A program made the translations under genes and the position numbers. From a virus, in UHGV virus genome UHGV-0107525: a stretch of 11,430 bases of DNA. One strand, written 5' to 3'. Shown one piece after another: positions 7,343 to 11,430 of the stretch. A model generated the notes under the pieces. That model had not been told where the DNA came from. It saw only the letters and a list, made by a program, of their open reading frames with translations, and searched no databases. Each line of letters begins with the position of its first letter. The first letter of the stretch is position 1.

Positions 7343-7687
7343 TTGCAGAGTCAAATCACGGAATCAAGACGCTTTAAGGTTGATGGTTACACCGTAACCT
7401 TCGCCGCTGGTGTTAAGAACAGTCATGCTGTCGTTGTATTTGGCATCATGACCGGACTTGAGGCCGTCCCTGTGTTTACCCTCGAAAAAAACTGGCGAAA
7501 TCTGGAGGAAGCGGAAAGCTACGTCCGGAGAGTAACCATCGCTGCCGCCGAAAAACTCCTGTCCCACTATCAGGAAAATTATCGCACTATGGTCGAGAAG
7601 ATTAATCTCGCTTTCACTCGCCCCACTACAGGCTTTATCGCCCCGGAGACTAATGCAGGTCGCTATCCTGCAAGGGGGCGTCGGTGA
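7343..7687 (+). CDS. Hypothetical protein (114 aa), first gene of the accessory operon
   Basis: ORF from a TTG start with GGAGGG 4 nt upstream; stop overlaps the next gene's GTG start. The start codon is uncertain. The antisense ORF 7364-7702 is less likely given operon polarity. Confidence 0.4.
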   Translation: MQSQITESRRFKVDGYTVTFAAGVKNSHAVVVFGIMTGLEAVPVFTLEKNWRNLEEAESYVRRVTIAAAEKLLSHYQENYRTMVEKINLAFTRPTTGFIAPETNAGRYPARGRR

Positions 7688-8160
7688 AAAATTATTACCC
7701 ATCTCTGAATTGTTACCCGTCTTCGTATCCGGAATTGTCCGGGAAGCTGTTAGCTCTATTGGCTAAATCACCAACTGAATGGTTTAAGCCTGTCGTTATC
7801 AATCCGCACTTCCTGGATTACGGATCTGTTCGCACTCGTAACGAACTCAAAAACCTGCTGGCGCATGGATTCATTCGACACCGTGCCGGGAAAGGCTATC
7901 AGTTAGCGATTTCGCCAGAAGAGGCCGTGCAGCTATTCGCATATCGTGACAGCCAGACAAAAGCACGGGTAATAGCTCAAATACTTCATAACGGCAGCAC
8001 CTATGCCCGCCAGTTTGGCGGCGACACGTCGCAGTTCTTGCGGGCTGTGCGATCGCTGGAAGAACAAGGAGTTATTGAAAGTTCCTGTCTTCCTGTTCCT
8101 ACCGTTCCACATATCAAACGTCGGGTTTACACCTTCACGCAGAGAGCTAAAAAACAATGA
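7684..8160 (+). CDS. Hypothetical protein, possible winged-helix DNA-binding protein (158 aa)
   Basis: No internal Met, so the GTG at 7684 (AAGGGGG RBS about 7 nt upstream) is the likely start. Wing-like IRHRAGKGYQLAI and helix TSQFLRAVRSLEEQGVIE. Stop overlaps the dUTPase ATG (ATGA). Confidence 0.5.
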   Translation: MKNYYPSLNCYPSSYPELSGKLLALLAKSPTEWFKPVVINPHFLDYGSVRTRNELKNLLAHGFIRHRAGKGYQLAISPEEAVQLFAYRDSQTKARVIAQILHNGSTYARQFGGDTSQFLRAVRSLEEQGVIESSCLPVPTVPHIKRRVYTFTQRAKKQ

Positions 8161-8651
8161 TTTACGTAAAAGTGAAACGCCTACATCCGGCAGCAAAACT
8201 TCCAGCTTATGCCACTGCCGGATCGGCGGCGATGGATTTTGAGGCTATTGAAATAACACCGTGCGTCGATAGCAATGGTGCAATTTCCTCAAGCTGGTGG
8301 GTGCATACCGGGCTGGCTATGGAGATCCCGCCCGGCTGGTGTCTGAAACTCTATCCGCGTTCCGGATTGGGCTGCAAAAAACATACTCGCCTGGCTAACT
8401 GCGTAGGAATTATCGACTCCGATTATCGCGGTGAAATCATGGCAAAACTGATTACTGATCCCGGCGGTGAAGGCGTTTGCCTCAAGCCAGGAATGGCGGT
8501 CATGCAAGGCATTTTTGAGCGTGTTGAACAAGTCTCTCTGGTCGAAGTTGAGGAACTCAACGAAACGGAACGTGGTGCTGGTGGCTTTGGTAGCACATCA
8601 GAAGGCCGCTTTGAAATTAAGCGTTCACCGCTTCAGTACGAAAAGTTATAA
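8157..8651 (+). CDS. dut: dUTP diphosphatase (trimeric dUTPase)
   Basis: Five dUTPase motifs recognisable in order: ATAGSAAMDF (motif 1 variant), YPRSGLG, GIIDSDYRGE, MAVMQ, RGAGGFGSTS. Confidence 0.85.
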   Translation: MIYVKVKRLHPAAKLPAYATAGSAAMDFEAIEITPCVDSNGAISSSWWVHTGLAMEIPPGWCLKLYPRSGLGCKKHTRLANCVGIIDSDYRGEIMAKLITDPGGEGVCLKPGMAVMQGIFERVEQVSLVEVEELNETERGAGGFGSTSEGRFEIKRSPLQYEKL

Positions 8652-8665
8652 GCAGAGGAAAGACT

Positions 8666-9343
8666 ATGGCTAGCATAGCAACGAAAGAGCTTTTTAGGTT
8701 CATTCCCAAATACAAAGCTCACAAAATCGTTAGTGCATCGAAAATCAAAAATGTTGTTATTTTCGGAGTAACTGATACCCCACTTTGGGGCAGCATCGAA
8801 CTCGTTGAGCCAAAAGGGGCAACAGTTTGTGTTGACGCAATGTTTTTACAAAAACACCGACCAAAAACTGGCGGGTATCTGATCGTTTATGAAAACGGTT
8901 ATCTGTTCTATGCCCAGGAGAAACCATTTGAGGAATGCTATGCCCTGGTTAACGACGCCTCCGAAAATGGAACCACGGTCATCATTACGGATGACAACGG
9001 CGTGATGACTAATCTTACCGGGAGCGTAACTATTTCTGCTGGTGGCATCACTACTCAGCAAGAAGAAATCGACCTTGAAGCAGCCGACTTTTCTGACGCG
9101 CTGATGTGGCTGAAGGAAGGAAAGAAAGTTGCTCGACGCGGGTGGAACGGCGAAAACCAATTCTGCTGGCTGGTTCCTGAAGGACAGTACCCAGCACGAA
9201 TGGAAGCCATTAAGGGATATTTCCCCGGCGACCTCGTTCCGTATGGTGCTTATTTCGCCTTAAAAAATGCACAAGGTGTAGTTGTTCCGTGGGTGCCTTC
9301 GGTAGGCGACTTACTGGCGTGTGACTGGTTTGTAGTGGAGTGA
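8666..9343 (+). CDS. DUF2829-domain fusion protein (Tad2-like C-terminal domain, unknown N-terminal domain)
   Basis: C-terminal about 85 aa FSDALMWLKEGKKVARRGWNGENQFCWLVPEG...VVVPWVPSVGDLLACDWFVVE matches the DUF2829 signature (F-x-x-A-L-x-x-L-K-x-G-K-K-V-x-R-x-G-W-N-G ... D-L-L-A-x-D-W). GAGGAAAG RBS before the ATG at 8666. Confidence 0.75.
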   Translation: MASIATKELFRFIPKYKAHKIVSASKIKNVVIFGVTDTPLWGSIELVEPKGATVCVDAMFLQKHRPKTGGYLIVYENGYLFYAQEKPFEECYALVNDASENGTTVIITDDNGVMTNLTGSVTISAGGITTQQEEIDLEAADFSDALMWLKEGKKVARRGWNGENQFCWLVPEGQYPARMEAIKGYFPGDLVPYGAYFALKNAQGVVVPWVPSVGDLLACDWFVVE

Positions 9344-9349
9344 TTTGAC

Positions 9350-10117
9350 ATGGAAAGCACCAAAACAATTCAATACCGCTTGCGTAATGGCCTGCTGGTG
9401 GCTGTTAACGCTGATATGTCACTGCCGTTTGACACGATAGAACGCACTATCATGACGTATCTCGGCTTTAATGAAGAGCTGAATGAAGAGCATGGCGTAG
9501 CTATATGGAGTGATGCAGACAGCGGCGTTCGTCGTTACATCACTGCCAGAGGCAAAGACTACTCTCTGGAAGAACTGTTTACCCTTGCGCAGTCTTTCGA
9601 ATGTGTAGCATTGGACCTGTTTAATGATCCTGCTATAGCGCAACGACTTATCCGCGATCTTGGACTGTCGGTTACCCCAATTATCTTTAAAAATGGCAGC
9701 CTGACTGGCACATGGCGCGTAGAACGCATCTCAAACTACCTTCCATATAACCGACAGTTAAATGGAGTAATCTCCGGCGTTAATCAGCCCGTAGCGTGTG
9801 AAAATGTAAACCTGGTTGTCGCTGTTTTGGCAACCGCATGTCGTGTTATCGGTTTGGCTAAACAGGCATTTATTCATTTCCCAAATGGTGCAGAAGGTAG
9901 CGCAGAGATTATCGCGTGTGATTTCGAATTTACCTGGATGCTACGCGAATATCTGGACCAAACAGTATTCCGTGCCGAAGAACTGGATATGTATATCACG
10001 TCAACGATTCCAGACGATGTGCGAGCTGAAGCAATCGCTACAGCCAGGGCGAAATGCCGTGCGGCGATTGCAGAACAGGCCAAAGAAGAAGTTAAGGAAG
10101 TGGCAGATGGCGACTAA
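9350..10117 (+). CDS. Hypothetical protein (255 aa) with acidic C-terminus, translationally coupled to the terminase-like pseudo-ATPase
   Basis: ATG at 9350; acidic tail AEQAKEEVKEVADGD; stop at 10115-10117 overlaps the downstream start at 10107 by 11 nt. No recognisable catalytic motifs. Confidence 0.6.
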   Translation: MESTKTIQYRLRNGLLVAVNADMSLPFDTIERTIMTYLGFNEELNEEHGVAIWSDADSGVRRYITARGKDYSLEELFTLAQSFECVALDLFNDPAIAQRLIRDLGLSVTPIIFKNGSLTGTWRVERISNYLPYNRQLNGVISGVNQPVACENVNLVVAVLATACRVIGLAKQAFIHFPNGAEGSAEIIACDFEFTWMLREYLDQTVFRAEELDMYITSTIPDDVRAEAIATARAKCRAAIAEQAKEEVKEVADGD

Positions 10118-11201
10118 GAGCAATATTTATAAAGATCCGCGCTGGCTGTCGCTGGTGGAGAAATATAAAGACAATTGGGTACTGGCAGCAAAAGAATTGT
10201 TTGATATTGATTTAAGCCACCAGCAACAACAAATTGTTGAAGCTATACAGCCCAACAATGCAAAAGCTACTGTCACCACTCCGTATGGGATCGGACGACC
10301 GCAAGTGCTTGCTGTTATTAGTACCCTTTATACGATTATGTATCCTGATTCCCGGACAGTAATTGTTTATCCAAAATCAAATGTTTGCAAAAGAGGAATT
10401 GTTGCATATGTGTGGCAATGTTGGGAGGCATTGCTGAAAAAACAACCTTTTATCATTGAGTATTTTAAGGTCGGTGATAGCGGTCTGATGTTCAATGAAT
10501 TTTGGGGAATGTGCTTTTGTAACTACCGCCTTAACTATGAAGATAGCATTGCAGGTCACTACGCCGACCATCTTTTATTCATTATTGTGGATTCCGTACA
10601 TATCAGCGATCGGGCATACAGCATTGTGTGGGCAAGCATGACTAGTGGTGATTCACGCATATTGCTCACTTCAATTCCGTCACCAGAGGAAATAGGCTTT
10701 TTTTATGATTCACATCATGGACGTGCTTTAGCTGAAGATAATCCGAGTGGTGTATATAAAGCCATTAAGCTGAGTGCGGAGGATTCACCATTTATTACCC
10801 AAGAATATCTTGATCATTTTGCCGAAAGGTATGGCGGGCGAAATAGTGATGACTATCGTCGTATGATTCTTGGTGAGTTCCCTGGTATTAGGGAGGCTGT
10901 TCTTGAATCAGATATGCCGAAGACAATGCGCTTTTCGATGCCTGATGGTAGTGAATGGACAATGCCATTACGAGTGATAGCCCGGCATCATGCGCAGCAC
11001 CACGCCAAAAAACATGGCGTCACGACATTAGAATGGTTGAAATCGCACACTATTCCACTCTTCACTGCAGATCACAATGCTATCGTTGAGTGGGCAAAAA
11101 CAATTCCGTGGGAGCATGTCGCTGAATATGCTCACATGCTGAAGCCTCCGAAAGACAGACACGAAATTAGCTGGCTGACAGCAGAAAAAATCATTGAGTG
11201 A
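10107..11201 (+). CDS. PacB (terminase large subunit) ATPase-domain paralogue with degenerate Walker motifs and no nuclease domain (predicted pseudo-ATPase)
   Basis: Start at ATG 10107 (AAGGAAG RBS 6 nt upstream) rather than the track's upstream 9816. The first ~250 aa align without gaps to PacB 3283-4791 (blocks DPRW, SHQQQ, TVT, PD-R-IV, HLL-I, G[YF]FYDSHH, DNPxG, ESPFxT, YGGR, LG[QE]FP). Walker A GHGTGKSS is replaced by PYGIGRPQ and Walker B ILDE by IIVD. The C-terminal ~110 aa are unrelated to the PacB nuclease domain and His-rich (RHHAQHHAKKHG). Confidence 0.8.
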   Translation: MATKSNIYKDPRWLSLVEKYKDNWVLAAKELFDIDLSHQQQQIVEAIQPNNAKATVTTPYGIGRPQVLAVISTLYTIMYPDSRTVIVYPKSNVCKRGIVAYVWQCWEALLKKQPFIIEYFKVGDSGLMFNEFWGMCFCNYRLNYEDSIAGHYADHLLFIIVDSVHISDRAYSIVWASMTSGDSRILLTSIPSPEEIGFFYDSHHGRALAEDNPSGVYKAIKLSAEDSPFITQEYLDHFAERYGGRNSDDYRRMILGEFPGIREAVLESDMPKTMRFSMPDGSEWTMPLRVIARHHAQHHAKKHGVTTLEWLKSHTIPLFTADHNAIVEWAKTIPWEHVAEYAHMLKPPKDRHEISWLTAEKIIE

Positions 11202-11207
11202 TAGTAG

Positions 11208-11238
11208 GAAGCCCGCCTGGTTGAGCGGGCTTCTTTTC
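11208..11238. terminator. Intrinsic terminator hairpin between convergent genes
   Basis: GAAGCCCGC-ctggttga-GCGGGCTTC: 9-bp perfect stem followed by TTTTC on the + strand; sits between the pseudo-terminase stop (11201) and the doc stop (11237-11239). Confidence 0.65.
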
Positions 11239-11430
11239 AAATATTGGAACCATATAGTTCACGTAGTTTTTCCGCTACTGAAGATACGGGGATTTCACCA
11301 GTTGCAGCCCCCACCGCAAGTTCCACCAGCACGGGAGAATCATATACCTGTATACCGTTACGGCGTAGAAATAGCAGCGCACTGTTTAGCGCGGTACGCT
11401 TATTGGCATCATTGAATATATGCCCTCTCG
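11237..11430 (-). CDS. doc: Doc toxin (Fic-family kinase of the phd-doc addiction module), 3' portion; N-terminus lies beyond the window edge
   Basis: Reverse-strand translation from the window edge gives RGHIFNDANKRTALNSALLFLRRNGIQVYDSPVLVELAVGAATGEIPVSSVAEKLRELYGSNI, containing the Fic/Doc motif HxFxDANKR and closely matching the C-terminus of P1 Doc as recalled. Not in the ORF track because the start is off-window. Confidence 0.9.
   Translation of the reverse strand, partial: RGHIFNDANKRTALNSALLFLRRNGIQVYDSPVLVELAVGAATGEIPVSSVAEKLRELYGSNI

Noticed and set aside
7318-7344. Hairpin ACCCTC-(10 nt)-GAGGGT followed by GCTTT, overlapping the GGAGGG RBS of the 7343 ORF
   Set aside because: Stem is only 6 bp with a large loop; could be a weak dre terminator or an RBS-sequestering structure, but too weak to call.
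7364-7702. 112-aa - strand ORF overlapping the 114-aa + strand ORF
   Set aside because: Operon polarity, the RBS and stop/start coupling favour the + strand gene; neither has recognisable motifs, so this is a judgement call.
7933-9643. Short ORFs overlapping the wHTH, dut, DUF2829 and 255-aa genes (7933-8196 -, 8003-8242 +, 8289-8531 -, 8467-8673 +, 8846-9160 -, 9419-9643 -)
   Set aside because: Embedded in better-supported genes (dUTPase and DUF2829 motifs) and lacking start signals.
9816-10106. Upstream extension of the pseudo-terminase ORF (track start at 9816)
   Set aside because: The extension lies entirely inside the 255-aa gene in another frame. Homology to PacB begins at the Met at 10107 (MATKSNIYKDPRW vs PacB ...SDPRW), which also has a good RBS.
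9874-11415. ORFs 9874-10083 -, 10377-10571 -, 11028-11240 - and 11194-11415 +
   Set aside because: The first three are antisense to the 255-aa gene or pseudo-terminase gene. 11194-11415 + is antisense to doc, whose reverse-strand translation matches P1 Doc.
1-11430. CRISPR arrays, rRNA, tRNA, insertion-sequence terminal repeats
   Set aside because: No regularly spaced direct repeats, no rRNA-like conserved stretches, no tRNA cloverleaf candidates and no transposase-like ORF were seen.

Overview
This window reads as part of a P1-family temperate phage or phage-plasmid, most likely phage D6 or a close relative. All calls are by-eye readings of the sequence and ORF track; no database search or alignment was run. 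Left to right: three small + strand genes (the first ends in a DUF2829-like domain); a pacA-pacB terminase operon with a cluster of Dam (GATC) sites inside pacA that looks like a P1-type pac site; a convergent 345-aa gene in the position P1 uses for its c1 immunity repressor; a 32-bp site matching the rox recombination target at 31 of 32 positions, followed by a Cre-family recombinase (Dre-like); then a tightly overlapping six-gene + strand operon (two hypotheticals, a dUTPase, a second DUF2829 fusion, a 255-aa hypothetical, and a PacB paralogue whose ATPase motifs are degenerate); and the 3' end of a doc toxin gene on the - strand at the right edge. The most interesting candidate for a previously undescribed system is the translationally coupled pair at 9350-11201 (255-aa protein plus pseudo-terminase), sitting with two DUF2829 (Tad2-like) proteins in what looks like an accessory, possibly anti-defence, operon. 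No rRNA, tRNA or CRISPR array was recognised.
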